Shown in pieces: positions 41,058 through 52,104 of a stretch of 64,000 nt of DNA. The stretch lies in NCBI GenBank assembly GCA_028292405.1, contig JAQGMJ010000049.1, positions 8,344-72,343 of the forward strand, given 5' to 3'. This stretch comes from Betaproteobacteria bacterium (GTDB lineage: Bacteria; Pseudomonadota; Gammaproteobacteria; Burkholderiales; JAEUOS01). Made by a program: the position numbers and the translations under genes. The stretch's first letter is position 1; each line of letters begins with the position of its first letter. Below the pieces are notes generated by a model. The model had not been told where the DNA came from. It worked only from the letters and a program-made list of their open reading frames with translations, and searched no databases.

Positions 41058-41462
41058 ATGCCGCTCGTTCGTATCGACATGATCGCCGGCCGCGCCGCGG
41101 CCGACGTTGCAGCCATCAGCCAGGCGGTGCACCAGGCGATGGTGGAGTGCCTGAATGTGCCGCGGCGCGACCGCTTCCAGGTGATCACCGAGCATGCGCC
41201 GGGCAGGCTGGTTTTCAATCCGGCTTACCTGGAGGTGCCGCGCACCGAGGGCATCGTGCTGATCCAGGTATTCCTCTCCGGCGGGCGCGACGAGGCGCAA
41301 AAGCGCGCGTTTTACGCTCGTGCGGCGCAATTGCTGACTGAGGGCGCCGGGATGCGGCCGGAAGACGTGACCATTGCGCTGGCAGAGAATACGCGGGCGG
41401 ACTGGTCTTTCGGCAACGGGCGCGCGCAATACCTGGAAATGCCGAAGGAGCAATGGCGCTAG
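41058..41462 (+). CDS. Tautomerase family protein
   Basis: N-terminal Pro (MPLVRID), DRFQVI, DWSFGNG.AQY. Confidence 0.9.
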   Translation: MPLVRIDMIAGRAAADVAAISQAVHQAMVECLNVPRRDRFQVITEHAPGRLVFNPAYLEVPRTEGIVLIQVFLSGGRDEAQKRAFYARAAQLLTEGAGMRPEDVTIALAENTRADWSFGNGRAQYLEMPKEQWR

Positions 41463-41646
41463 TACCGCGCGGTATACAAGGCCATGCCGCAGCACAGCAT
41501 CGACGCATAAGGAATATTCGTCTTTCTGTGTCTATCCGGCGCAACAATCCTCTTGCGGACGGCTCTTGAAAGTTGCTATCGTCCAGTTGTGGTGAGAACA
41601 ACAAGAATGCCGCACAGACAAAAGCTGAATAAAACGAGGAGATGAC

Positions 41647-43032
41647 ATGCCGTTACCAAAGTTTAATCGCAAGGCCCTTGTAGTCGCGCTGGCTCCTGTA
41701 CTGGCGGCGGCGCCCATGGCTGCGCATGCCGGCGGGTTTGCCCTGCTGGAGTCGAGTGCCAGCGGGCTGGGGACCTCCTATGCGGGGTCGGCCGTCGAGG
41801 CGGTGGATGCCAGCACGATTTTCTACAACCCTGCCGGGCTGAGCTATCTGCCGGGTTATCAGTTCGTCGGTTCGGTGGATCTGATCCAGCCGAGCGCCAA
41901 GTTCAACAATTCCGGTTCTTTGCCGTCGGGCAGCAATCCCTTCGGCCAGCCTAATCCCGTGCGTCCGTTGGGTGGCAATGGCGGCGACGCCGGCAGCCTG
42001 GCACCGGTGCCGGCCCTGTTCCTGTCGGCCCAGGTGGCGCCGCAGTGGACCATCGGCCTGGGTGTAAATGCCCCTTTTGGCCAGAAGACGGATTATTCGC
42101 CTGACTGGATCGGCCGCTTTCAGGCGTTGAAGTCCGAGATCAAGACCATCAATGTCAACCCCACGGTGGCCTACAAGGTGAACGATGCGGTGTCGCTGGG
42201 CTTCGGCGTCAACTATCAGCGCATCGATGCGGAGTTCAGCCAGGCGGTCAACTACGCGGGTGCGGCTTTCGGCGGCGCGCTGCAGCTAGGCCTTGCGCCC
42301 GCGGTGGCGAACGGAGCGGCGGGACTGGTCAAGCCGGAAGGCACGGGCACCGTCAAAGGCAGCGATTCGGCCTGGGGCTGGAACGCCGGCGCGATTGTCA
42401 AGCTGGCGCCGCAGACGCGCCTGGGCATTGCCTACCGCTCGGCTATCAAGTATCACGTTACCGGCACGGCCAATTTCACCAACGTGACGGTGACTGGCAA
42501 TCCGGCGTTCGATTCGAACTTCGCGAGCGGCAATATCCATGCGGATGTGAAATTGCCTGACTCGCTTTCTGCTTCGCTGATGCACGAACTCAACAGCCGC
42601 TGGACCTTGATGGGCAACGTTTCATGGACCGGCTGGTCGAGCATCAAGGACCTGACTTTCGTTCGCGACAACGGCGTGGTGCTCAGTTCGACGCGGGAAA
42701 ACTTCCGCGACACCTGGCGCGTCGGGCTGGGCGCAACCTACCGCGTCGATGACAAGTGGCTGCTGCGCGGCGGCACCGCCTACGACCAGTCGCCGGTGCG
42801 CGACGACAGCATTACCCCGCGCCTGCCGGACCAGGCCCGCTATTGGCTATCGCTGGGCGCTCAATACCGCATGTCGCCGGCGATGACCTTTGACGTGGGT
42901 TATGCGCACCTGTTCGCCAAGGACCGGTCGATCAACCAGAATAACGGCAGCACGCTGCTGTACGGCCAGATCAATGGCACTTATAACGTCAGCGTAGACA
43001 TTCTCGGAGCGCAGGTCGCTTATCGCTTCTGA
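41647..43032 (+). CDS. fadL: OmpP1/FadL long-chain fatty-acid outer-membrane transporter
   Basis: Signal peptide, GFAL.E.SASGLG..YAG, YNPAGL, PRLPD, C-terminal YRF. Confidence 0.88.
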   Translation: MPLPKFNRKALVVALAPVLAAAPMAAHAGGFALLESSASGLGTSYAGSAVEAVDASTIFYNPAGLSYLPGYQFVGSVDLIQPSAKFNNSGSLPSGSNPFGQPNPVRPLGGNGGDAGSLAPVPALFLSAQVAPQWTIGLGVNAPFGQKTDYSPDWIGRFQALKSEIKTINVNPTVAYKVNDAVSLGFGVNYQRIDAEFSQAVNYAGAAFGGALQLGLAPAVANGAAGLVKPEGTGTVKGSDSAWGWNAGAIVKLAPQTRLGIAYRSAIKYHVTGTANFTNVTVTGNPAFDSNFASGNIHADVKLPDSLSASLMHELNSRWTLMGNVSWTGWSSIKDLTFVRDNGVVLSSTRENFRDTWRVGLGATYRVDDKWLLRGGTAYDQSPVRDDSITPRLPDQARYWLSLGAQYRMSPAMTFDVGYAHLFAKDRSINQNNGSTLLYGQINGTYNVSVDILGAQVAYRF

Positions 43033-43077
43033 GGCGACATTCGCAGGATGAAAGCGGCGGGCTAAAAACCGCAGGAT

Positions 43078-43106
43078 AAAAGCGCGCCTCATGGCGCGCT
43101 TTTTTA
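43078..43106. terminator. Bidirectional intrinsic terminator
   Basis: aaaagcgcgcc-tcat-ggcgcgctttttt between convergent genes. Confidence 0.75.
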
Positions 43107-44195
43107 TTCCCCGATGCCGAAGCGATAGGTGATTTTTCCGCTGAATCGCTCTCCCGGCCGCAGGACGGTGGAGGGGAACAGCGGCTTGTTCGGCGAGTCC
43201 GGGAAATGCTGCGGCTCCAGGCAAAAGCCGGCGCGATGCCTGTAGACCGCGCCGCCCTTGCCGATGTCGCGTGGCGCCTCGCCGGTGAAGCCGTTGCCGC
43301 CGAAGAACTGCAGGCCGGGCTCGGTGGTGAGCACCTCCATGCGCCGGCCGGAGAGCGGGTCGTAGATGCTGGCGGCCAGGGCGTATTCGCCGGGGGGCTT
43401 GTCGAGGATCCAGTTGTGGTCGTAGCCGTGGGTCTGCTCGAACTGTTCCCAGGGTTCGTCGGCGCGCTCGCCGATGCGGTGCGGGCGGGTGAAGTCGAGC
43501 GGGGTGCCGGTGACGCTGCGGTATTCGCCGGTGGGGACGCTGTTGGCGTCGATCGGGGTGAACTGGCTGGCGCGGATCTGCAGCAGGTGGTCGCCAGCGG
43601 TTTGCGCGTCGGTGCGGCCGTGGCCGGCGAGGTTGAAGTAGCCGTGGGAGGTGAAGTTGACCACCGTGGGGGCGTCGGTGACGGCTTCGTATTCGAGCAT
43701 CAGCTCGTTGTCTTCGGTCAGGCGGTAGATCACGCGCGAGGACAGGTTGCCGGGGAAGTTTTCCTCGCCGGCGCGATAGTGCAGCCTGAGTTCGGCGCGG
43801 GCGTCATCGAGCTGATGCACGTCGAAGACGCGCAGGCGCGAGCCTTTTTTGCCGCCGTGCAGGCAGTTGGGGCCGCTGTTTTGCGCCAGTTGGTAAATCT
43901 CGCCGTCGAGTGAAAAGCGGGCGCCGCCGATGCGGTTGGCGTAGCGGCCGACGAAGGCGCCCAGGCTGGTCTGGCCGGTTTGCACGGCGGCGATGCTGTC
44001 GTAGCCGAGGGCGACGTCGCCCGGCACGCCGTCGCGGTCGGGCACGATGATCTGCTGGATCTTGGCGCCGAAGCTGGTGAAGCGCACCACCATGCCGCGG
44101 CGATTCGCCAGGGTGTAGAGGTCGGTCTGCTTGCCGTCGATGATGCTCTGAAAATCTTCTCGGTGCAGCTGGGGGATGGTGGGGGAGCTTTCCAT
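43104..44195 (-). CDS. galM: Aldose 1-epimerase (mutarotase)
   Basis: GRYANRI, LHGG, NFTSHGYFNL, GYDHN, CLEPQHFPD. Confidence 0.92.
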   Translation of the reverse strand: MESSPTIPQLHREDFQSIIDGKQTDLYTLANRRGMVVRFTSFGAKIQQIIVPDRDGVPGDVALGYDSIAAVQTGQTSLGAFVGRYANRIGGARFSLDGEIYQLAQNSGPNCLHGGKKGSRLRVFDVHQLDDARAELRLHYRAGEENFPGNLSSRVIYRLTEDNELMLEYEAVTDAPTVVNFTSHGYFNLAGHGRTDAQTAGDHLLQIRASQFTPIDANSVPTGEYRSVTGTPLDFTRPHRIGERADEPWEQFEQTHGYDHNWILDKPPGEYALAASIYDPLSGRRMEVLTTEPGLQFFGGNGFTGEAPRDIGKGGAVYRHRAGFCLEPQHFPDSPNKPLFPSTVLRPGERFSGKITYRFGIGE

Positions 44196-44237
44196 ACTGA
44201 ACTTACGGGTGGGCGCCGGGTTCGGACGTGCTTACCG

Positions 44238-45026
44238 CTAGCCGCGCTTCACCAGCAGGCCGCCGTCCACGGGCAGCAGCACGCCGGTGATGTAGCGCGC
44301 TTCTTCGGAGGCGAGGAAGACGGCGGCGTTGGCCACGTCCCAGGCCGAGCCCATGTAGCCCAGCGGCACCAGGGCGTCGCGTTCGGCGCGCACCACTTCG
44401 CGGGCTACGCCGCGTTCTTTCGCGCGGCGCTCGATGGCCATCGGCGTGTCGATCAGGCCGGGGAGGATGGCGTTGGCGCGGATGCCGAACTGGGCATTTT
44501 CCATCGCCAGGTGCTGGGTGAAGGCGTTGACGGCGCCTTTGCTGGTCTTGTAGGTGACGGTGGGGCGGGCGGCCAGCGAGGAGGTGGAGGAGATGTTGAT
44601 GATGCAGCCCGACTTTTGCGCGATCATCACCGGCAGGGCGTGCTTGCAGGTCATGAACATGCCCTTGAGATTCATCGCCATGATCTCGTCCCACATGTGG
44701 CTGTCCATCTCGCTGGTCTTGCGGTCGCCGCCGGAGCGGCCGACGTTGTTGTGCAGGATGTCGATGCGGCCGTAGCGCTCCATCGCGGTGCGGGTGATCG
44801 CCTTGCAGTCCTCTTCGCGGGTGATGTCGGCTACCAGTACCGAGGCGGGGGCGCCAACGGCTTTTAGCGTGTCTTCGGCCCATTCGGCATTGATGTCCAC
44901 CAGCAGCAGGGTGGCGCCTTCTTCGGCGTAACGCTCCGCCGCCGCACGGCCATTGCCGATGGAACCGCCGGGCTGCTGCCCGGCGCCGACCACTACCGCT
45001 ATTTTGTTCTCAAGTCTCCGGGACAT
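44238..45026 (-). CDS. SDR oxidoreductase
   Basis: VGAGQ..GGSIGNG, HNNVG, YKTSK. Confidence 0.88.
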   Translation of the reverse strand: MSRRLENKIAVVVGAGQQPGGSIGNGRAAAERYAEEGATLLLVDINAEWAEDTLKAVGAPASVLVADITREEDCKAITRTAMERYGRIDILHNNVGRSGGDRKTSEMDSHMWDEIMAMNLKGMFMTCKHALPVMIAQKSGCIINISSTSSLAARPTVTYKTSKGAVNAFTQHLAMENAQFGIRANAILPGLIDTPMAIERRAKERGVAREVVRAERDALVPLGYMGSAWDVANAAVFLASEEARYITGVLLPVDGGLLVKRG

Positions 45027-45147
45027 TGTTTTTTTCCGTGGATCCTGTTTAGTCGCCGATGCGAATCGCTCTGGCCCGGATGATAACAGCGTGATAGCAG
45101 CGGGCCTCGCGCGCGGCTTCGCGTGTGCAGGATCGGCCGACGGGTCT

Positions 45148-46125
45148 CTAGTCGACGTGGATGTCGTACTTGTGGATCACGTCGGCCCAGCGGGCGTATT
45201 CCTTCTTGATGAACTCGCTGCATTGCGCCGGCGGGCCGGAGATGACTTCGGCGCCCTGCTGGAACAGGCTGTCCTTGACCATGGTGGCCGCGAGCGAGGC
45301 GTTGAGATTTTCGTTCAGCGTGCGCAAGACAGCGGGCGGGGTGCCGGCCGGCGCCATCAGCGCCTGCCAGGTGGAGGAGTCGAAGCCCTTCATCACGGTT
45401 TCGTTCAGCGAGGGCACCTCGGGCAGCACGCCGGCGCGCTTTTTCGAGGTGATGGCCAGGGCCTTGACCCGGCCGTCCTTGATGAATGGCAGTGCGGAGT
45501 TGAACGCGCCGGCGAACATGAAGGTGATGTTGCCGGCCAGCAGGTCGGTGAAGGCCGGGCCGTTGCCCTTGTAGGGCACATGGGTGAACTTCAGGCCCAG
45601 CTCGTGCAGGAAGATCTGGCCCACCAGGTGGTCGATCTGGCCGCTGCCCGAGGAACCCTGGAAATACTTGTCCGGCGAGGACTTGATCAGGGTCACCAGT
45701 TCGGCGGCGGTGTTGACCGGCTGATCCTTGCGCACCAGCAGGAGTTGCGGCACCGAGACCGAGCAGCCGGCGGGAGCCAGCACCTTGGTCGGGTCTAGAT
45801 CGGTGCGCTTGTACAGGGTGGGGGAGAGCGCGATCGAGGAGGAGGCGTAGAGCAGCGTGTAGCCATCGGCGGGGGCGGCAATCAGCGCATCGGTGGCGAT
45901 GTTGCCGCCGGCGCCGGGCCGGTTGTCGATCACCATCGACTGGCCGATGCGCCTGCTCATTTCGGTGAATACCACGCGGCCGATGGCGTCGCTCGGGCCG
46001 CCCGGCGGGAAGGCGATGATCACGCGGATCGGCCTGGCGGCGGGGAAGGCTTGCGCATGCACCCCGGCGCAGGCGAGCAGCAGTGCGGCGCCGACGGCGA
46101 GTTTTTTGAGTGTTGGTTTGAGCAT
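45148..46125 (-). CDS. Bug/TctC substrate-binding protein
   Basis: FPPGG, DNRPGAGG, ADGYT, HVPYKG. Confidence 0.92.
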   Translation of the reverse strand: MLKPTLKKLAVGAALLLACAGVHAQAFPAARPIRVIIAFPPGGPSDAIGRVVFTEMSRRIGQSMVIDNRPGAGGNIATDALIAAPADGYTLLYASSSIALSPTLYKRTDLDPTKVLAPAGCSVSVPQLLLVRKDQPVNTAAELVTLIKSSPDKYFQGSSGSGQIDHLVGQIFLHELGLKFTHVPYKGNGPAFTDLLAGNITFMFAGAFNSALPFIKDGRVKALAITSKKRAGVLPEVPSLNETVMKGFDSSTWQALMAPAGTPPAVLRTLNENLNASLAATMVKDSLFQQGAEVISGPPAQCSEFIKKEYARWADVIHKYDIHVD

Positions 46126-46167
46126 CGTTGTCTCCTCGTTATTTTGTTTTGCGGTGCTACCTGCGGA

Positions 46168-47586
46168 TTATCGCAGCCACTCGGCGCGGTGCGCGCCCAG
46201 CGGCGAGGGTGGCAATTCCCAGCGCGCGGCGGTGCAGGAGAATTGCGCCACCGGCGGCAACTGCTCGAGCTTGCCATAAGGGGAGTCGCGGGTTTCCAGT
46301 TCCGGGTTGAGCATGGTCGGCGCGACGGCGGCGCCAGGCGCGGGGCGCTTGCGCTGCCCGAGGCTCTGGGTCCACATCGAGGTGCGGGTGAGCGCGACCT
46401 TGACGTGGTAGCTGCCGCCTTCCTTAGCGCGGCGCAGCAGCGCGGCGTAGACGCCGGTGGCGCCGAGGTAGGCGGTGACGTAATCGTTGAGCAGGTAGGT
46501 GGGCACCACGCGCGGACGGCCGTCGCGCCCTTCGTCGTGCGCCAGGCCGCAGACGATCTGGCCGAGCTGCTCGAAGCCGCCGCGCTCGGCCCACGGGCCT
46601 TCCTGGCCGTAGCAGCTGACCGAGACATAGATGATGCCGGGGCGGATGCGCGCCAGGTCTTCCGCACCGAATCCCAGGCGTTCCATCGCGCCGGGACGCC
46701 AGGACTGCACGAACACGTCGGCCTTGCGGCACAACTCGCGCAGGCGGGCGGCGTCGCCGCCGTCCTTCAGTTCGAGATAGGCGCAGCGTTTGCCCAGGCT
46801 GGTGTCGATGGTCTGAGGCATCGGGTCGGGCTGCATCGGCGAGGAGATGCGCAACACGTCGGCACCTTGTTCAGCGAGGGTGCGGGCGACCACGGGGCCG
46901 GCGATGACGTGGGCGGCATCGAGCACGCGCAGGTGTTCCAGCGGGCGGCGGCCCGGCTGGTGCAGTTCAGGGGCGCTGTCGCCGATTTTTTCGACACGGA
47001 TAGTCGGTATCTTGGACAGGAACTGGCCTTGCGGGTGGTCCAGCCACTCTTCGCGGGTGCGCGCCAGCACACCGGGGATCTTGCGTTTGGCGAACTCTTC
47101 TTCCAGTTCGAAGCCGCGCCATTTGCCGATGGCCTCCGCCAGCGCGGTCTCGTTGTTCGGGCAGTTCAGGGCGTCGAGCACGGCATTGCGCAGGTGGGGG
47201 TAGGAACCGATGGGGAAAAACCAGCGGTTGTCGGCGGTCTTGTAGAAATCAGCCTTCAGTTCGCGCGCCAGCGAGAGGGCGGGGATCGGGTAGCCGCTCT
47301 GGCGCTGGTATTGCGCTGGGTGCAGCGCCGCTGCTGCCTGGGTGAGGTTGATCTCGATATTCTGTTCATGGCCGCCGTTGGCGCGCCAGAGCGCAGCCGC
47401 GCCCGTGGCCTGGGCGCCGATGGCGGCGGCAGAGGCCATGACGATGTGGTGAGGCGTGTCGAAATCCGGCTCCTTGCCGGTGAAGCGCAGGGTGCCGCCG
47501 GCCTGGGCGGCGCGGTCGATGCCGACTTCGGTGAGCAGGCCGTCTACTGCCTGCAAAGCGTGGGTTGCGTAGTCGTTGTCGCGCAT
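46168..47586 (-). CDS. CaiB/BaiF family III CoA-transferase
   Basis: RVLDAAHVIAGP, LAEQGADVLRI, ADVFVQSWRPG, YGQEGPW. Confidence 0.88.
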   Translation of the reverse strand: MRDNDYATHALQAVDGLLTEVGIDRAAQAGGTLRFTGKEPDFDTPHHIVMASAAAIGAQATGAAALWRANGGHEQNIEINLTQAAAALHPAQYQRQSGYPIPALSLARELKADFYKTADNRWFFPIGSYPHLRNAVLDALNCPNNETALAEAIGKWRGFELEEEFAKRKIPGVLARTREEWLDHPQGQFLSKIPTIRVEKIGDSAPELHQPGRRPLEHLRVLDAAHVIAGPVVARTLAEQGADVLRISSPMQPDPMPQTIDTSLGKRCAYLELKDGGDAARLRELCRKADVFVQSWRPGAMERLGFGAEDLARIRPGIIYVSVSCYGQEGPWAERGGFEQLGQIVCGLAHDEGRDGRPRVVPTYLLNDYVTAYLGATGVYAALLRRAKEGGSYHVKVALTRTSMWTQSLGQRKRPAPGAAVAPTMLNPELETRDSPYGKLEQLPPVAQFSCTAARWELPPSPLGAHRAEWLR

Positions 47587-47688
47587 ATTTGTCTCGCTCG
47601 TTATGGAAACGCCGGCGGCGAGTTTCGGATGATTCGATTAAGATGTCTAATATTAGTTTTGTGATGAATTAAGACATTTAGAGTCTGA

Positions 47689-48585
47689 ATGCTTTCCAGT
47701 CGCCTGTTACGCCAATTCGTCGCCGTCGCCGAAGAACTCAACTTCGGCCGTGCCGCCACGCGCCTGCACATGGCGCAATCGCCCTTGAGCCAGGCGATCC
47801 GCAATCTGGAGGAGATGGTAGGGGTGCCGCTGCTCTCGCGCACCAAGCGTTCGGTGCGCCTGACGGCGGCGGGTTCGGTGTTCCTGCATGAGGCGCGGCT
47901 GTCGCTGAAGCAGGAGGAGCAGGCGGTGGAGGCGGCGCGGCGCGCGCATGCGGGCAGCCTGGGGCGCCTGGGGCTGGGCTTCGTCGGCTCGGTCGGCTTC
48001 GACATCCTGCCCCGGGTGGTGCGCAATTTCCAGGGGCATTTTCCGTCGGTGCGCCTGGACGTGATCGAGATGCGCACCGGCGACCAGGTCGGCAAGCTGC
48101 TGAGCCACCAGCTCGACATCGGCATCGTGCGCCTGCCGCTGCCGGCTGGCACTGGGCTTGAGACGCGCCTGATCGAGCGCGATTATTTCGTCGCCGCGCT
48201 GCCGGCGGCGCATGCCCTGGCGCGGCGCAAGATCATCGACCTGGCGGATTTACGCGGCGACAATTTCGTGGTGTTTTCGCGCGAGCTGATTCCCTCGATG
48301 CATACCAAGGTGCTGTCGGCCTGCCTGGAGGCGGGCTTCTATCCATCGATCGCTTATGAAGTGCTGCAGGTGGTGAGTGCCATCGGCATTGTCGCGGCCG
48401 GCGCGGCGGTGGCTCTGCTGCCGTCGAACCTGATGGCGGTGAAACCGGAGGGCATGGTGTACCGGCCACTGAAGGGGGCGGCGGCGCAGATTCCGATCGA
48501 CGCGGCCGTGGCCTGGCGCGGCTGGGACGAGAATCCGGCGCTGCATTCCTTCCTGAGTATCCTGCCGGCGCAGGGCAGCGTCTAG
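47689..48585 (+). CDS. LysR family transcriptional regulator
   Basis: FVAVAEELNFGRAA.RLHMAQSPLSQAI. Confidence 0.93.
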   Translation: MLSSRLLRQFVAVAEELNFGRAATRLHMAQSPLSQAIRNLEEMVGVPLLSRTKRSVRLTAAGSVFLHEARLSLKQEEQAVEAARRAHAGSLGRLGLGFVGSVGFDILPRVVRNFQGHFPSVRLDVIEMRTGDQVGKLLSHQLDIGIVRLPLPAGTGLETRLIERDYFVAALPAAHALARRKIIDLADLRGDNFVVFSRELIPSMHTKVLSACLEAGFYPSIAYEVLQVVSAIGIVAAGAAVALLPSNLMAVKPEGMVYRPLKGAAAQIPIDAAVAWRGWDENPALHSFLSILPAQGSV

Positions 48586-48672
48586 CCGCGGGCACCGGCG
48601 ACGCGCATTTTTGGCATGATTCGCCTTTGCCCGTGTTCGCGGGCCGGCAGCATGCCCTGAAAGAGAAGTTTC

Positions 48673-51309
48673 TTGACCAACAAGAGCAAGGACCCGCCCG
48701 CCATCAAGACGGGGTATGAAAACCATACCCCGATGATGCAGCAGTACCTCAGAATCAAGGAGGAGCATCCGCATTCCCTCGTGTTTTATCGCATGGGGGA
48801 TTTCTACGAGGTTTTCTACGACGATGCGGAAAAGGCTTCGCGCCTGCTCGGCATCACCTTGACCACGCGCGGGCAATCGGCCGGCGTGCCGGTGCGCATG
48901 GCCGGGGTGCCGGTGCATGCGCTGGAACAATATCTCGCCAAACTGGTGAAGCTGGGCGAGCCGGTGGCGATTTGCGAGCAGATCGGCGACCCGGCCACTT
49001 CCAAGGGGCCGGTGGAGCGCAAGGTGGTGCGGGTGGTCACGGCCGGCACCATTACCGATCAGGGCTTGCTGCCGGAAAAATCCGATGCGCTGTTGATGGC
49101 CATCCTGCCGGAGAAGCGCGGCAAGGACGGCGGCGTGCGTGCCTATGGGCTGGCCTGGGTGAACATTGCGGGCGGGGAGTTGCTGCTGGCGGAAATCGCG
49201 CCGGCGCGATTGCCTCACGAACTGGAACGCCTGCGGCCGGCCGAGGTGGTGATGCCCGACGGCAATCTGGTGCTGCTGCCCGAGGGCGTGGCCAGGAGCG
49301 TGCAAAACGAATGGAACTTCGACGTGCGCGCCGGCGAGCGCGTGCTGCTAGAGCACCTGAATATTGCGACGCTGGACGGCTATGGTTGTGCCGGGTTGAC
49401 ACTGGCACTGGGCGCGGGGGGCGCGCTGATGCGCTACGCGCAGTCGACCCAGGGCCGGGCGCTGACCCATGTGCGATCGCTGGCGGTGGAAACCGGCGAT
49501 GAATACCTGGTGCTCGATGCGGTGACGCGGCGCAATCTTGAAATCACTGAGACCTTGCGCGGTGCGCCTGCGCCTACGCTGTTTGCGGCGGTGGACGTTT
49601 GCGTGACCTCGATGGGCAGCCGCACCCTGGCGCGCTGGCTGCATCATCCGCGCCGCGACCGCAGTGTGGCCCAGGCACGGCAGGCGGCCATTGGTGCCTT
49701 GCTTGCGCAGGGGCGTGGCTATGACGAGCCGCGGCGCGAGCTGAAAAATATTGCGGATGTCGAGCGCATTGCCGCGCGTGTCGCGCTGGGTTCGGCGCGA
49801 CCGCGTGAACTGGCGGGCTTGCGCGAGAGCCTGGCGGCGCTGCCCGCGCTGGCCGAGGGTTTGCCGGCGAACGATCCCTTGCTTGTCCATTGCGCGGGCT
49901 TTTTTACGAAGCCCTGCATTGCGCTGGAGCCGCTGCAGCGCATGCTGCATCCTGAGCCGGCGGCGCGGGTGCAGGATGGCGGGGTGATCGCGCCCGGCTG
50001 CGATGCGGAACTCGACGAGTTGCGCGGGCTGGCGACCAATGCCGGCGACTATCTGGTAGCGCTGGAAGTGCGCGAGCGCGAGCGCACCGGCATTCCCAAC
50101 CTGCGGGTGGAATACAACCGCGTGCATGGCTATTACATCGAGGTGACGAATAGCCACGCGCAAAAGATTCCCGACGACTACCGGCGTCGCCAGACCCTGA
50201 AAAACGCCGAGCGCTATATCACGCCGGAGTTGAAGGCGTTTGAGGACAAGGCGCTGTCGGCCGAGGCAAAGGCGCTGGCGCGCGAGAAGATGCTGTTCGA
50301 CGAATTGTTGCGCGCGCTGCAGCCGGCAGTGATCGAACTGCAAAACATCGCCCGCGCGGTGGCGCAGGTCGACGCGCTGGCGGCGCTGGCGGAGCGCGCC
50401 TATGTGCTGGATTGGCGGGCGCCGGAATTGACCGACGAGCCCGGCATCGAGATTCGCGGCGGCAAGCACCCCGTGGTGGCGCAGCAAGTGAGCGACTTTG
50501 TCGCCAACGACTGCCTGCTCGATCCATCGCGCTGCCTGCTGCTGATCACCGGGCCGAACATGGGCGGTAAGTCCACCTTTATGCGCCAGACCGCGCTGCT
50601 GACTCTGCTGGCGTACGCCGGCAGCTACGTGCCGGCGCAATCGGCGCGCTTCGGCCCGGTGGACCGTATTTTCACCCGCATCGGCGCGGCCGACGACCTG
50701 GCGCAGGGCCGTTCCACTTTCATGGTGGAAATGACGGAATCCGCCGCCATCCTCAACGGCGCGACCGCGCAAAGCCTGGTGCTGATGGACGAAGTGGGAC
50801 GCGGCACCTCCACCTTCGACGGCCTGGCGCTGGCCTGGGCCATTGCGCGGCGCCTGATCGAAGGCAACCGCAGCTACACCTTGTTTGCCACCCACTACTT
50901 CGAACTCACGCAACTGGCGCAGGAGTACAGCGAAGCGGTAAACGTGCACTTGGCCGCGGCCGAACACGCCGGCGGCGTGGTGTTCCTGCACGAAGTCCGC
51001 GAAGGCCCCGCCAGCCAGAGCTATGGCCTGCAGGTCGCGCAACTAGCCGGCGTGCCGCCCGCCGTGATCCGCGCGGCGCGTAAGCACCTGACCGATCTCG
51101 AGGATCAGGCCGCGAGACTGACCCGCCCGCAACTCGACTTGTTCGCCAGCAACGATGCCGTGATCAAGACTACCGAGGATGTACCCGTGGGGGAGCCCGA
51201 CAATAGCGCCTTGCTGGAGCGCCTGCGCGCCATCAAGCCCGACGAACTCACCCCGCGCGCTGCTCTGGACTTGCTCTACGAACTCCGCCAGGAAATCGAC
51301 AAGCCTTAA
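48673..51309 (+). CDS. mutS: DNA mismatch repair protein MutS
   Basis: [37 protein letters not shown]. Confidence 0.97.
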   Translation: MTNKSKDPPAIKTGYENHTPMMQQYLRIKEEHPHSLVFYRMGDFYEVFYDDAEKASRLLGITLTTRGQSAGVPVRMAGVPVHALEQYLAKLVKLGEPVAICEQIGDPATSKGPVERKVVRVVTAGTITDQGLLPEKSDALLMAILPEKRGKDGGVRAYGLAWVNIAGGELLLAEIAPARLPHELERLRPAEVVMPDGNLVLLPEGVARSVQNEWNFDVRAGERVLLEHLNIATLDGYGCAGLTLALGAGGALMRYAQSTQGRALTHVRSLAVETGDEYLVLDAVTRRNLEITETLRGAPAPTLFAAVDVCVTSMGSRTLARWLHHPRRDRSVAQARQAAIGALLAQGRGYDEPRRELKNIADVERIAARVALGSARPRELAGLRESLAALPALAEGLPANDPLLVHCAGFFTKPCIALEPLQRMLHPEPAARVQDGGVIAPGCDAELDELRGLATNAGDYLVALEVRERERTGIPNLRVEYNRVHGYYIEVTNSHAQKIPDDYRRRQTLKNAERYITPELKAFEDKALSAEAKALAREKMLFDELLRALQPAVIELQNIARAVAQVDALAALAERAYVLDWRAPELTDEPGIEIRGGKHPVVAQQVSDFVANDCLLDPSRCLLLITGPNMGGKSTFMRQTALLTLLAYAGSYVPAQSARFGPVDRIFTRIGAADDLAQGRSTFMVEMTESAAILNGATAQSLVLMDEVGRGTSTFDGLALAWAIARRLIEGNRSYTLFATHYFELTQLAQEYSEAVNVHLAAAEHAGGVVFLHEVREGPASQSYGLQVAQLAGVPPAVIRAARKHLTDLEDQAARLTRPQLDLFASNDAVIKTTEDVPVGEPDNSALLERLRAIKPDELTPRAALDLLYELRQEIDKP

Positions 51310-51361
51310 GCTTCCCTCGGATGCCGCGTGCCGTGGCGCGCAGGCCATGAACCACGAAAGC

Positions 51362-51396
51362 AACAAAAAGGGCGCCAAGTTGGCGCCCCTTTTGTT
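51362..51396. terminator. Bidirectional intrinsic terminator between mutS and slyD
   Basis: aacaaaaagggcgccaa-g-ttggcgccccttttgtt. Confidence 0.75.
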
Positions 51397-51420
51397 TTGG
51401 CTTTTTAGTAGCTTCTAAGT

Positions 51421-51497
51421 CAGAAAAATCATCTGGCTTCGCCAGTGATTTCTTCTGCAAATCAGGCCACTCAAAAGTAGGTTTGCACTTTTGAGTG
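51421..51497. repeat. Dispersed double-hairpin element, copy C
   Basis: gaaaaatca-t-ctggc-ttc-gccag-tgatttcttc plus cactcaaaagta-ggtttg-cacttttgagtg. Confidence 0.8.
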
Positions 51498-51501
51498 ATC
51501 T

Positions 51502-51987
51502 TTAATGATGGTGGCCTTCCGGCCCGTGCACATGCCCATGCTCGGCTTCTTCCTCGTTCGCTTCGCGCACTTCCAGCACCTCGCATTCGAACACCAGGGA
51601 GAGGCCAGCCAGGGGATGGTTGGCGTCGAGCACCACCTTGTCGTCGGCAATGTCGGTGACGGTGAAGATCTCGGCGTCCGCATCGGCTTCTTCGCCGGGG
51701 ATGCCCTCGAACTGCATGCCGATTTCCAGGGTTTCCGGAAATTGCCCGCGCGGCTCGACGCGCAAAAGCTCTTCGTCGTAATCGCCGAAGGCGTCGGCCG
51801 GCTCCAGCTTCACGTTGATGCTGTCGCCAACGGTCTTGCCCTGCAGGGCCTGTTCGACCAGCGGGAAAATGTTGTCGTAGCCGCCATGCAGGTAGGTGAC
51901 GGGGGACGGGCTTTTTTCGATCAGTTCGCCCTGGGCATCGAAGAGCGAATACGAAATGGTGACCACGGAGTTATGGGCGATTTGCAT
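51502..51987 (-). CDS. slyD: FKBP-type peptidyl-prolyl isomerase SlyD
   Basis: YLHGG, AFGDYD, DANHPLAG, His-rich tail HGHVH..HHH. Confidence 0.93.
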   Translation of the reverse strand: MQIAHNSVVTISYSLFDAQGELIEKSPSPVTYLHGGYDNIFPLVEQALQGKTVGDSINVKLEPADAFGDYDEELLRVEPRGQFPETLEIGMQFEGIPGEEADADAEIFTVTDIADDKVVLDANHPLAGLSLVFECEVLEVREANEEEAEHGHVHGPEGHHH

Positions 51988-52104
51988 GCGGAATTCCTGT
52001 GTGAGAGGGGCAGCGCCGGACGGCGTGGCGGCAGAGGCGCCGGTACACGCCGGCCGCGGGGAGGAGAATGGTGCAATTGTAACGGATGCGGTGCGTCCGC
52101 GTGT

